A DNA stretch of 64,000 nucleotides from the human T2T-CHM13v2.0 reference genome, Homo sapiens: assembly GCF_009914755.1 (NCBI RefSeq), contig NC_060935.1, one strand, 5' to 3'. Shown in pieces: positions 1 through 13,209 of the stretch (its first letter is position 1; every line of letters starts with the position of its first letter). A program made the position numbers and the translations under genes. The notes below the pieces were generated by a model. That model was not told the DNA's origin, searched no databases, and saw nothing but the letters and a program-made list of their open reading frames with translations.

Positions 1-3000
1 CGGCCCTGGAAAGGGCTCTGGGCACAAGGGTTGAGATGGAGGTGGGCCTGTGGCCTGCTGGCCCTTCTGGTCTGAGCCAGGGCAGGGGGTGGCAGCTAGG
101 CCTGGGCAGGGACTGTGTGGAGACCTTGCTTATTTTAAGTGTGGGGTTATTTCGGGGGAGGCTCCCTGAGAAGGGTGGGGCTGGATGCCTGGGCCACACA
201 GAGCAGCCGAGGCAGCTGGCGCTGTGGAGCCCGGGAGGGAGGGAGGGATGGAGCTCAAGGGATGGAACCCAGTGAGGGGTGGAGACGGGGCAGGGGAGGG
301 GTGGAGAGGGGTGGAGACGCCCCAGAGGCGGTGTGACTCAGCTGCCCCTGCAGGCAGCTGCACCTTGCTGCCTTATTAGGCTGCGTGTGGGGGACTGGGC
401 TGCCCTCCCTGCCCCCAGGAGCAGGAGCAGGAGTGATGGAGGAGGAGGAGGGGAGGGGCAAGGCCAGGAGGAGGAGGAGGGCCATCTCACTGTGCAGAGA
501 GCAGCACCCTTCCTCCTGGTGCCCCTGGCAGGGCTGGTGCTGGTGGGGCTCTGGGAGCATTTGTTGAGATGCTTCTGGCCTTGAAAGGAGGCCCCTGGGA
601 TGGCTCTGTTGCCCTCACAGGCTGAGGGGTGGGTGAGGTGGGCAGCCTGTGTGTCCCCAGTCCTCAGGGCTTCCCTCAGCCGGCAGGTGCCCCCAGGCCT
701 GGAGCTGCAGGGCCAGGCCCCCTGCCAGTTACGGAGGCTGCTTGGCTTGGTTGCTGAACCAGGGCCCCAGGAGGCCGAAATAGCCCCACACCTGCGCCGT
801 CCCACCTCTTTGTCCAGTCACCCCAGGGCCAGGTGAGGGCCCTGGCCACACAGCGTGCCCGTTCCTTCTTCCCCATGCCCCGCTCATGGGTCAGAGGGCC
901 GGTGCTGGGGTCCAGATGGTGTCAACAGGGATGGTCCCTGTCCTCCCCAGAGACAGAAGCCTGTGGCCCACGGAGGGTTTCTGGGCCCAGCCGATCCTAG
1001 GGAGGGTCCCATGGCCCTGCCCATAGGTTCCTGGCCTCTCTCGGGGCCGTGGTGCCCTCACAGGTGGTGTCAGGAAGGACGGGAAAGGCTGCTTGTCCCA
1101 GGGGCTCATGTGGAGACCACCCCCTGCACGCAGCTGGGGCGCTCCTGCCTGTGTCCTCAGAAGCACTCGGCTTAGCTTTGCCCATGTGCCTGGGCTGTGG
1201 GTGGCAGAGCCCGGCCAGCATCCTCCGATCTCCAAGGGTGCATCTCTACTGGAGGCCCCTCCTGGGCCTCTTGCTCCCCGCTTCCCAGATCATTAGGATA
1301 TTTGGGGTCCAGAAGGGCCTCCCAGCCATCCTGGGCCTTGTCCTCCGGGGCCACCAGTCCAGCCAGTGACAACCACAGCATCCCCGGCCTGGAACGAGGC
1401 TGCCCCCAGCACGTTCCTCGTACTCCTGTCCAGGGACAGGAGGGGCTGCCCCTGCCACCGAGTCCCCTTCTCCAGGACCTGGGGCCTGTGGGTGTGAGGC
1501 AGGTGTTCTTGGAAGGGGTCACTCTCCAGGCACCCGGCGGCCAAGGCTTGTGGCTGGAGCAGCTCCCGCTGTGGGGTCGGCGTCGGGCCCCGTGTGGCCG
1601 GAGAGGAGCTGAAGGGTCACTTAGCTTCGGGCTGGGGCGAGGACAGGGGACACCCCAGAGAGGTATGCCAGGCCTCCTTCCTGCGCCCCACTCTCGGCAG
1701 AAGCAGAGGTCACAGGCTGTGCTGAGGCCCCATGGTGCTGCCCCCATGATGCCAGGGTGAGGCTGGCGTTGGAAGCAGGTGTCTGACCTGCATGGTGTCA
1801 CCGTGGCCACATCAGAGCTCCAGCCCCAGAGCCGCCCACCCTCGGTCCTTGGCTGTGGTTTCCCTGGGCTGGAGGAGCCTGCCGTTGTGTTGGCCACACG
1901 ACCACAGGACCTGCCACCCCCGACGTGGGCTCTGCCTGGGCCCCCACTGGACAGGGACCCCTTGGAGCTCCTCTGGCCACCAAGTCCTCGCCCATTCCAG
2001 AATCGGCCTTCTGGAGCCTCTTGCTGTCCCTGATGCGGGCTGGGCCTTGCCAAGGGCTTTTTTTCCTGCGCCGGGAACAGGGTGGATTTGCTGGGCTCAC
2101 TCCCCTCAGAGACGCTGCGGGTGCGGTGGGTTAGGCCCAAGGGCGTTAAGAGAGGAGGCTGGGGTGGGGCTGGGGCCTGGCAGGGGGTCTGGCAGCCCTG
2201 GGCCTCCCACCTCCTGTCAGGACCAAAAAAGGCAACGCGCCTCTCCTGACCTGTACCCCGGAGTGAACCCAACCTTGCAACCCAGGAGTGTCAGGGCCTG
2301 AGGGGAGGGAGACCTGGCTCCTGGGTGCCGTGCCCGTAAGGAGGTGGCCACCTGCAGGGCATTCCTGGCAGAGGCTTCATCTGGCCAGGTAGGAGGCTGG
2401 GTGGCCGAGCCCCAAATCTGGGTGTGTTCTCTGCCTGGCGGTGGGTCCTGCCCCAGGCACCTTCTCCTCTGGGCTGGCTGGGCAGGGACAATGGGCCTGG
2501 CTGCGAGGAGGGGGCCTGGGCTGCCTTCTGCATTGCCTCGGTGACGGGAGATGGCCCCTGCCTGCTGAGGGATAGGGGAGTGGGCAGGCAGTGAGAGACA
2601 CTGACAGCTGTCCCGCGGGTACAGGGCCCTGTCTGGGTGGCCAGGCCCATGTCTCGGGCCCACAGTGCGCCCCCCACCCTTGGACGGCGCCTTCTCCCTC
2701 CCCAGGTGCATGCTGCCCAGCCAGGGAGCGTGGGGGAGTTCGGGAGGGCTGGCCTACACGCCCTGGTCCAGCTGTCCCAGGTGGGGTGCTGGGCTTCAGC
2801 CCTCAGCCCAGGGCCTAGGAAGCCAACTTGATCCTCCCCACACAGCAGCCAGGTTCAAATGCAGGTCCCGTAACGGAAGTGCTGCTGTGCAGCCCAGATT
2901 GGGGGGCAGGAGCCAGCAGGGCCCCCCCACCCTCTTCTCGCACCACACTGGGGAGGCAGCATTGGTTCCAGTTCCGGTTCCTGGGCTGCCCTCTCAACCC

Positions 3001-3444
3001 CGGCCTACAGTGGGGCCCACCCTGTGCCTTCTGATGCCACTCCCACCCCACGCCAAGTCCCAGAGGCTTTGGGAGCGGGTGAAGGCGGTGGGTGGCGGGT
3101 GGCAGGTGCAGGCGGTGGGTGGTGGGTGTGGCAGGTGGCGGGCCCCACCGCAGGTGTCATCCCTGCGAAGCACCTGTCGCCAGCACTCAGAGCGCTCATG
3201 AGGTGCCCAGTCCCCATGTGGCCTCCTTAGTCTCCGTCCTGTGTCATGGAAGAGGTAACTGAGGCACAGAAAACTCACCAGGCCAGGCTGGGATGTGAGG
3301 TCCCTTGCTGCTCATCCCTGGCAGTCAGCAACCCTACATCTTCCCAGCTGGGCGGCCCGTGGTGGGTTCGGCACCCAGGACCCTCCGGGGTCTTGGGCTG
3401 TGGCGAGTGTGTAGGCACCCACCTGGTGTCTCTCTCCCCGCAAG

Positions 3445-6216
3445 GCATCTACATCCTCATCGCTGTGGGCGCTGTCATGATGTTCGTTGGCTTCCTGGGC
3501 TGCTACGGGGCCATCCAGGAATCCCAGTGCCTGCTGGGGACGGTAAGGCAGGGAGGCGGGCCTGTGCCTGGGCCGGGGAGGGGCTGGGGGCTGCGTCTGG
3601 CCCTGAGGAGGGGGCAGAGCTGGTGCTCAGGGCGGAGCCTAGAATTCTGGGGGAGGTGGCTCCTGTGCCCTGCTTTTCCCGTTTGGTTTTTAAATTAAAT
3701 CCCACCGTGCTTGGTCTCCATCGTGGCCAGTTCCTACGTGACCGCTTTTCTTTGTCAAAAAATAGCCACAAATATAACAGGGAGCAAGCCTCAGCTCTGA
3801 GGCCAGCCTCGGCGTCCCGGGCACACCGCCCCCTGTGGGAAGCCCAGGCCTGGCTGTGCCATCCAGGGCCTGGCCAGTCCAGGAAGAGGGAGCCTATGCC
3901 CGTGTCTCCAGTGGGGGAAACTGAGGCAGATCCCATGGCTCCCCCTTCCGTGGGGAGCAGGAACAAGGGGGTGGGGAAGATCAGTCAGGGGTCATGCTGC
4001 TGCACACGCCTCCCTGGGGGCTGCAGACATCCTGGACTCACCAGCCTGTGACCCCAAACCACACGCCCCGCCCCATCCACCCCATCCTGTGGAGCCTGGT
4101 GCCGCGTGGGGACATCCTGGGCTTTGACGGCTCCTCCCTGCGCTGAGTTTTAGCCTCTGTGCCCCAGGGCTCCACACAAGCCGCTCACTCCTGGTCAGGT
4201 CGTGGGCTGGTGGCTCCCACTAGCCCCTCACAGACACGCCTGCTGGGCACCTGGGTGTGTGTCCTTGGGCCCCGCCTACAGCCTGCCCTCTTTCCTCCCT
4301 CTGGCCACTGCCCGGCTCCAGTTCTTCACCTGCCTGGTCATCCTGTTTGCCTGTGAGGTGGCCGCCGGCATCTGGGGCTTTGTCAACAAGGACCAGGTGA
4401 GCCTGGGTGTGCAGGGACAGGGTGGGGTGGGTGACGGGGGCACCCTCCTCTCCTGTCGCGGGTGGGGGTTGGGCTGACTCATGGCTTGTGGGAGCTCTTT
4501 GGGCTCTTCCTGGGTCCCACTTGCCAGGAGGATCTCCAGGGGCTTTATGGAGGAGGCAGCATTGGGGCTGAGCACCAGGCCAGCCTCCCGTGTCCCAGCA
4601 CTCCCGGGGCAGCTGAGAGTGCAGAGTCCTTGTCCTCTGGGGTCTAGCCTCGAAGCCACCCTGCCCAGGGAGAGCCTGGGAAAAGTGCGTCCGCCTGGGG
4701 CGGGGCGGGGTGGGGGCAAGGAGGGGGAGGTTCCCCCTGTGCATGTGACCGCACCCCTCCCCCAGATCGCCAAGGATGTGAAGCAGTTCTATGACCAGGC
4801 CCTACAGCAGGCCGTGGTGGATGATGACGCCAACAACGCCAAGGCTGTGGTGAAGACCTTCCACGAGACGGTGCGGCCCCGGGGGGCGAGGGCGGGGAGC
4901 AGGGCCCCGGGAACCCGGCGGGGTGTGTCTCGTCCTGGATGAATCCTGCCTACGCCCAGACCTCAGGAGCAGGAGGTGCCCTTGGGACCTCCAGGACCCC
5001 TGGTCTCAACTGGTCCTCGGGTGGGAACCTAGTGGGCCAGGGTGGCCCAGGGTGCGGAAAGCTCTGAGCAGCGCAGCTGAGGAGGAAGAAGGCTGGCCCC
5101 TGGATGCATTCTGCAGTGGGGAGCGCTGCGTACCCCTGGCCACCTCCCCATGGGTTCCCTAGAGCCACCGTCCCCCTGGGCACATCCAGGGCTGACCTTG
5201 CACCCCTGCTCTCTGCAGCTTGACTGCTGTGGCTCCAGCACACTGACTGCTTTGACCACCTCAGTGCTCAAGAACAATTTGTGTCCCTCGGGCAGCAACA
5301 TCATCAGCAACCTCTTCAAGGTGCGCGAGGCCGGTGGGGCCGCGCCTGACCCCCCGCATGTCCCGCCCCTGGGTGGGGTCCTAGGGGTGGGCAGGTCACA
5401 CGGCAGCCCCACAGGGAGCGACCACACTGGGTGGCATGGCCCCTGTCAGGGCTGCTCTGCTGGGAGGGTTGGGGTGGGACCGCATCTGGCCCACGAGGAA
5501 GGCAGGCGCCCTGTGCTGCGCATTCCGGGTGAAGAAGGTGGAGGCTCTGGGGGGTGGGAACTCACCTGCACCCCCAGCTCCACGTGTGCACTCGTGGGTG
5601 TGGACGCCCCTGACAGCCTGTAGCTGGCAGGGCCTGCAGGCCATATAGTGCCCTGTGGAAGTTTCCTGCTGAGGCCTCAGTGGAAGTCGTCATCAGTGAT
5701 GCTTTAGGGGTCTAGTGACACCAATGACCGTGATCTCAGTGGAAAAGGGCACAGTGTGTCCCAGGCATTTCGCGTTTATGTTAAAACGGGTGGAAGATAG
5801 CAAGCCGGCAGAGGCCGGGCCGCTGCACCCGCCTGTTCCGAGGTGGGTAGGGGGTGGGGGGCTGTTCCCAGGATTCCCCTCTACGCTTTCTGTGGTGACC
5901 ACGGATTACTGCGTGACAACGGGAAGCCGGGAGCCGAGGCCCGGTCCCTGACCACGCGTGCCTGGCCACCCCTGCAGGAGGACTGCCACCAGAAGATCGA
6001 TGACCTCTTCTCCGGGAAGCTGTACCTCATCGGCATTGCTGCCATCGTGGTCGCTGTGATCATGGTGAGCGGGCGGGGGCGGAGGGCCTGCTCTCTGGGC
6101 TGCCCCTTCCGCGGGGCCTTGTGCTGACTGCGCCCCCCACCACCCTCCTGCAGATCTTCGAGATGATCCTGAGCATGGTGCTGTGCTGTGGCATCCGGAA
6201 CAGCTCCGTGTACTGA
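3445..6216 (+). CDS. CD81: CD81 tetraspanin, coding exons 3-8 (5' exons lie upstream of the window)
   Basis: Exons with AG/GT boundaries at 3445-3542, 4322-4396, 4766-4870, 5219-5320, 5978-6064, 6154-6216 splice in frame to [69 protein letters not shown]...-LDCCGSS...[14 protein letters not shown]...[20 protein letters not shown]. Tetraspanin CCG motif; matches human CD81. Confidence 0.99.
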
Positions 6217-6720
6217 GGCCCCGCAGCTCTGGCCACAGGGACCTCTGCAGTGCCCCCTAAGTGACCCGGACACTTCCGAGGGGGCCATCACCGCCTGTGT
6301 ATATAACGTTTCCGGTATTACTCTGCTACACGTAGCCTTTTTACTTTTGGGGTTTTGTTTTTGTTCTGAACTTTCCTGTTACCTTTTCAGGGCTGACGTC
6401 ACATGTAGGTGGCGTGTATGAGTGGAGACGGGCCTGGGTCTTGGGGACTGGAGGGCAGGGGTCCTTCTGCCCTGGGGTCCCAGGGTGCTCTGCCTGCTCA
6501 GCCAGGCCTCTCCTGGGAGCCACTCGCCCAGAGACTCAGCTTGGCCAACTTGGGGGGCTGTGTCCACCCAGCCCGCCCGTCCTGTGGGCTGCACAGCTCA
6601 CCTTGTTCCCTCCTGCCCCGGTTCGAGAGCCGAGTCTGTGGGCACTCTCTGCCTTCATGCACCTGTCCTTTCTAACACGTCGCCTTCAACTGTAATCACA
6701 ACATCCTGACTCCGTCATTT

Positions 6721-6726
6721 AATAAA
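6721..6726 (+). terminator. CD81: CD81 polyadenylation signal AATAAA
   Basis: Canonical hexamer about 500 nt after the stop codon. Confidence 0.9.
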
Positions 6727-6887
6727 GAAGGAACATCAGGCATGCTACCAGGCCTGTGCAGTCCCTCAGTGCCAGTGGTGTCTGAGACCTAGGGGTTGGC
6801 CGGAGGGCAGGGGAATCTGACATCGGTGGGGCTTGGCTCTGTGGACTCTGTGGGGTCCAGGGTGAGGGTGGGTGGGTCGGGATCCCT

Positions 6888-7958
6888 GGTGTTCACCAAA
6901 GGAGTCACTCTGTAAAATTTGGGGAGTTATTTATTCTGAGCCAAATATGAGCACCGGTGGCCTGTGACACAGCCCCAGGTCCTGAGAACTTGTGCCCAAG
7001 GCGGTCTGGCTACTTAATTGTATACATTTTAGGGACATAGGACATTGATCATTACATCTAAGATGTACGTTGGTTTAGTCGGAAAGGTGGGACGATTTGA
7101 AGGGGAGGGACTTTCAGGTCATAGGCGGATTAAAAGATGTTCTGATTAATAATTGGTTGATTTTATCTAAAGACCTGAAATCAATAGAATGGACTATCTG
7201 GGTTAAGAGGAGTTGTGGAGACCAAGATTATTATGCAGATGAAGCCGCCAGATTGTAAATGTTTCTTATCAGACTTAAAAAGGTACCAGAATCTTAGTTA
7301 ATTCTCTCCTGGATCAGGAAATAGACCTGGAAAGGGAGGGGGATTCTCTATAGAATGTAGATTTTCCCAAGAGACAGCTTTGCAGGGCCATTTCAAAATA
7401 CATCAGAGAAATATATTTTGGGGTAAAATACTTCGGTTTCTTTCAGGGCCTGCTGTCACGTTGGTATCTTATTACTACAGAGTCTGTTTTGTGAGTCTTA
7501 AGGTCTTTTTATTTTTAGACAGAGTTTTGCTCTTGTCACCCAGGTTGGAGTGCAATGGCGTGATCTCAGCTCACTGCAGCCTCCCCTCCACCTCCCAGGT
7601 TCAAGCGATTCTCCTGCCTCAGCCTCCTGAGTAGCTGGGACAACAGGCATGCACCACCCCACCCAGCTAATTTTGTATTTTTAGTAGAGACGGTGTTTCG
7701 CCACGGTGGCCAGGCTAGTCTCGAACTCCTGACCTCACGTGACACACCAGGTTTTGGGATTACAGGTGTGAGCCACCACACCGGACTAAGGTCTCTGTTT
7801 TAATGTGAATGCTGGTCAGCTGTGCCTATGAGGCATGTTCGGCCACCCACAGTCATCATGGCCTCAACGAGCTTTTCAGGTTTACTTTAGAATGCATTTG
7901 GCCAAGAGGTGCCCATTCAGTTGGTTTGGGGTTGCTTAGAATTTTACTTTGGGTTTAA
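6888..7958 (-). mobile_element. MER4-group ERV1 solo LTR, split by an Alu
   Basis: ttattctgagccaaatatgag...tgacacagcccc...gtcctgagaac...tatacattttaggga and the end gggttgcttagaattttactttgggtttaaa resemble the reverse complement of MER4A/B; AT-rich island in GC-rich DNA. Confidence 0.75.
7507..7786 (-). mobile_element. AluS-type element with a small internal deletion
   Basis: Antisense Alu sequence; target-site duplication TAAGGTCT at 7499-7506 and 7787-7794. Confidence 0.95.
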
Positions 7959-9399
7959 ACCAGGGAGCAACTCCAGGTAGCAAGGGCCCTTTTTGGGAGC
8001 GTTCTCTCTATTCTCTTTTGGGAGAGGCCCTGTGTTGCCTGCAGCCACTTCCACCCTGCCCCTTGGGCACACAAGGGGCACACAGTGTAAGCAGGTGGGC
8101 AGGAGGGGTCGGGCAGCCAGGGAATGCAGTGAGATGGGCTTGGGGTAGGGGCTGGGTGCGCTGCAGGACTCCTCTTCCTCCTGAGGGATGGTAAAGGATG
8201 GACACACTGCCCCCTCCCGAGCATTTGAGGGTCTCTGCCCTGCCCATCTGTTACCTGTAAATGTTCCTTTGAGGAGCTGATGGCTCAGGCCTGAGCCACA
8301 TCTCAGAGGGTCTGGAGGGGAAGAAAGACCTCATCCTACTAGGGAGCCCCCCCAGCCCACCAGTGAGCGGTGGTTGGGGGCAGACAGGCTGTGGGGCTAA
8401 GGAGCCCCTGCACTCCCCCGTCCTTTTCCCTTTGTCTGAGCACCTCCAGCCAGTGGGCTTGGTCTAGACTCTCCTATCTTTCCCCACATCGTGGGGTGGG
8501 GCTTGCTCTGGGTTAGGCTACTTTTCCCTAGTTGTGGGGAGGGGGGTGCTGGCACATTTCACTGTTCCCTGGAGGAAATGAGTGCCTGGGAATTCATATC
8601 TAGGGCTCCCAGCAGCCTCTTTGCAGGCCAATTTGGAAACTGTCCCCAGCCCTGCATTTTAGGGGGTTACAGAGTCTCTCAGCAGGCCCTCCTCCCCTGC
8701 TGCTCCCAACTTGCAAGCCTGCACTGGTTGGGAGAACATAATGGTCCAAGGAGCCCCCTCTCTACTTTCCGCTGTGTTCCCTGTGGGGAGGGAAGAGCAG
8801 TTTAAGAAATAAGGAATCCCAAAGGCGCACAGCAGACCGGGGGCCGAGGAGTGGGTCCTGCTTCCCCTCCTTTTTTCTAGGCTGAGCCACAGCAGGTCCT
8901 TGAATCCTATTTCCCAGCGGATGCCAGGACAGCAGGCCCTGGGGGAGTTCTCTCTCGAGCCTTTCAGAGGGACCAGAGGTCTAGCAGCCAAGGAGAACTC
9001 AGAATCCTTGAGTGTGTGGGGCAGGAACTCTCCCAGCTGAGAAGGGGCACAAGGTGCCAACCATCTAGGGCCCAGTGGCCAAGGAAGACGCGGCTTGTCG
9101 CAGGGAGAATCTGGGCCCTGGTCCTCCCTTTCAGGGCGGGCAGCTGACCTGCCCCCTGCTGCGGACAGGCGAGGCCAGGCTGCTGGCTCGCAAGCATGGC
9201 GGAGCCCAAACCTTCCCTGCTGCCGCCCGCCCAGCCACGGCTGACTTGGAAGCTTGAGGAGCGTTCAGCAGCCTCCATCCTGCCCGGGAGGACCGGGGAC
9301 CTGGAAGGGCCTGGCCCTCGCTTCCCTGCAGCGCCCTAGGGGGACGTCTCAGTGCCTCCCGGAGCCCGGACCAATGCACCAGAGCTGAGGGCCCAAGGG

Positions 9400-10700
9400 T
9401 GTGAGGGTGGCCGGGCAGTGGCCCCGAGGACGGCGCCCCACAAGTTTGCGGCCAGGGCCCAGCAAACCCCTAGGGGTGGGAAAGCGTCGGCCCAGCTAGC
9501 GGGTCCAGCAGGGCCGCCCCCTTCACCGTGGCCCAGCGGTCACGACCCCACGTCCTCATCGCGGGCTGGGACTGCCTCTGCGTCTGGCCTGAGCGGGACC
9601 GTGGGATCCTGGGGAGCCCCGCCTCGGTGCACTGACAGAGCCCAGAAGGAGTGACGGTTACCGCTTCCGGTCAGGACCGGAAGTGCCGGGAACGGCATTC
9701 GTCCTCCGTGCGAGATGACGCACTTCCTGCCTGAGGCGGCCGCTGTTCTCGCGGCTTCCGGCAGGTGGCGCTGAGACCACGGGAAGCCAGCCTGGCTGTC
9801 GGTTAGCCCTCGAGCATTCTGGGAATTGCAGGCCTGGCCCCTCCTCTTCCTGTTCTTGGTCAATTCCGGTCTTGTTTCCCCAACAAATGCCGTCGTTTCC
9901 GGGGCTGCTTCCGAGCCGGACCCAAGGGCCGGGGCGTGGAGGAGTAGAGGGGCGAGCGCATGCGCACAGGACTACACGTCCCGACAGGCGTCGGGAGCGG
10001 CGGCCCAGTTCCTTGTGGGAGCTGTAGTTCTGCAGGCGCGGAAGCCGTGGTGCTCGGCCGGCAGAGCACTCGGTTTCCCAGAGGGCTGAGCGCGCCGCAC
10101 GGAGGTGCGGCGCCGACCAAGATGGAGACTGCCGAGCAGCCTTGAGCCGGTAGGATTGTGGTGAGGGAGGACGGGCCGCGCGGGCCGGCCGAGCCTCCGG
10201 GAGGTCACCGAGCGCAGCTTTAATACCTGAGCTCGAAGGCCCCGCTGTGCTCGCCGACCCCCGTACCTCGCGGCCGGGCCCTTGGGACCCACAGCATCCT
10301 TGTGAGGCCCGGAGGCCTGTCCAGCCCGACTGGACAGTGCCGAGGGGCACCGAGAGCCAGCTTGGCACCGAGAGTTCGTTTGTTCTCTGGCGGGGAGGTC
10401 TTGCTGGCACATATAGTGGAGAAAGGCCGGGCTCTGCGTTCATGTGGAGAAAGAGACGGCTTCCTTCAGCCTACGGACATGAAGGAGTCAACTCTACCTT
10501 CCACTCGTTGCCGGCTTTCGCCGAGAACCCCGAGAAACGGACTACCGGAGTCCCTATCTTGCAGCCCGATCCCCGCTACCCGTCGGAGTGCCCCGCTGAC
10601 CAGGCTGCTTCTGGCCGCGGCGGCGTTCCGCTGCAGAGGACGGGAGTGCGAATCTGGGAAGCAGGGTTCTGGTTGAACTCCAGCTTCGTCTGCAACATAC
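9400..10700 (+). promoter_or_regulatory. TSSC4: TSSC4 CpG-island promoter (ETS/GABP, NRF1, ZNF143-like motifs)
   Basis: High CpG density; CCGGAAGTG 9677-9685; GCGCATGCGC 9956-9965; ZNF143-like GCATTCTGGGAATTGCAG 9814-9831, ACTACACGTCCC 9971-9982, TGGGAGCTGTAGT 10016-10028; putative donor CCG|GTAGGA at 10149/10150. Confidence 0.85.
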
Positions 10701-11644
10701 TGTGTGACTTGGGCAAATTATTTCCCCCGCCCCGTTCCTGCCAGCTTTAAAACGGTCATCAGTGGGGGGTGCTGCGTATCCCCTTTCACTGGGGTGGCTT
10801 CTTCACTGAGGAGAGTCGCGCCTCAGAGGAACTGAGGTCCTGCCTGTGTTCGACCTGGTGGGGGGCACTAAGAGCCCCTGATAGTACCCCTGACCCCATC
10901 CTTATTGGGTGCACAAGACACAGGTCACTCTGGGCGGGCAAGGAGTTTTGGTAGCAGGAGAGGAGTCGGTGGATGGATGGCTGAGGACAGTGCAGAAGGG
11001 TGTGGCTGGGCCGTCTTTTTTTGCCTGGAAATTCAAGTTCTGAGGCACCCAGTCACTCCAGCACTAAATGGGTGCAGGAGGCAGCACTTGTCTGCCCAGC
11101 TGGAAAGGCAGGGTATGTGCTGAGTGTTACAGGTGGAAGGCCACTGGAGGTCGCTCCAGGAGCCGCGGGGATTTACCTCTGCCTAACAGGGCTGCTCAAG
11201 GTGATGGTCGACACCCCACTTTCCTGAGAGCTTGACCCTCAGATGCCAGGGCCTTGGCTGCAGATTCCTTGGGAGCTCCCGGGGATCTTCCAGCAAATAG
11301 GAGCAAATCTTTTCCCCGTGGATCAGGAAGGTGCACGCTCTTTGTGGAATACGACTGCTCACCCCGCACAGCAAGCAGCTTATAAGTGGCCCTCCTGCCT
11401 GATTTCAGCCCTGGGTTCAAGCCCTGGGTGGCTGCTTACTACCAAAATCGCTCAGTAGCTCCAAGCCTGCCTGCAGAGGGTTGGCACCATTAAATGAGGT
11501 AACGAGTCAAAAGTCCCTACCCTGGGTCCTAGCCTGTCAGGGGCTCCGAAAACCCAGGCTCAGGTCGGTCCTGCCCGGCACCTGTTTCACACATGTACAC
11601 TCCGGTCTGAGGTTGGTCCTCTCCCCCACCCCACCCACCTGCAG

Positions 11645-11801
11645 TTGAGCAGCTGAACAGAGGCCATGCCGGGGCACTCCGAGGCCTGAGACGACCACGC
11701 CTGTGCCGCTGAGGACCTTCATCAGGGCTCCGTCCACTTGGCCCGCTTGGCTGTCCAATCACACTCCAGTGTCAACCACTGGCACCCAGCAGCCAAGAGA
11801 G
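11645..11801 (+). other. TSSC4: Probable TSSC4 non-coding 5'UTR exon
   Basis: Acceptor cccacccacctgcag| at 11644 and donor GAG|GTGAGA at 11801/11802; the next acceptor ttttggtttag| at 11961 precedes the CDS. Confidence 0.6.
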
Positions 11802-11930
11802 GTGAGAGGAGGGCTTGGAGGGGGAGGCGGGACTCCACCCTGTGTGGGACAGTTCTGTCAGTTGACCCTCCACTTGTCCAGGGGCAGTGGATCTGCAGGG
11901 GGAACTCATTCTCAATACTGTTCCTCCTGA

Positions 11931-12974
<1,044 letters not shown>

Positions 12975-13203
12975 GAGGGAGATGGCCCAGCCTGACCCCA
13001 CTGGCCACTGCCATCCTGCTGCCTTCCCAGTGGGGCTGGTCAGGGGGCAGCCTGGCCACTGCCTAGCTGGAATGGGAGGAAGCCTGCAGGTGGCACCGGT
13101 GGCCCTGGCTGCAGTTCTGGGCAGCATCCTCCCAAGCAGAGACCTTGCTGAAGCTCCTGGGGTGTGGGGTGTGGGCTGGAAGCACTGGCTCCCTGGTAGG
13201 GAC

Positions 13204-13209
13204 AATAAA
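13204..13209 (+). terminator. TSSC4: TSSC4 polyadenylation signal AATAAA
   Basis: Canonical hexamer 230 nt after the stop, followed by GT/T-rich sequence. Confidence 0.9.

Noticed and set aside
1172-2272. 366-aa minus-strand ORF and many other GC-rich ORFs in CD81 intron 2 and elsewhere
   Set aside because: Expected by chance in GC-rich DNA; many use non-ATG starts; Pro/Gly/Arg-biased with no recognisable domain.
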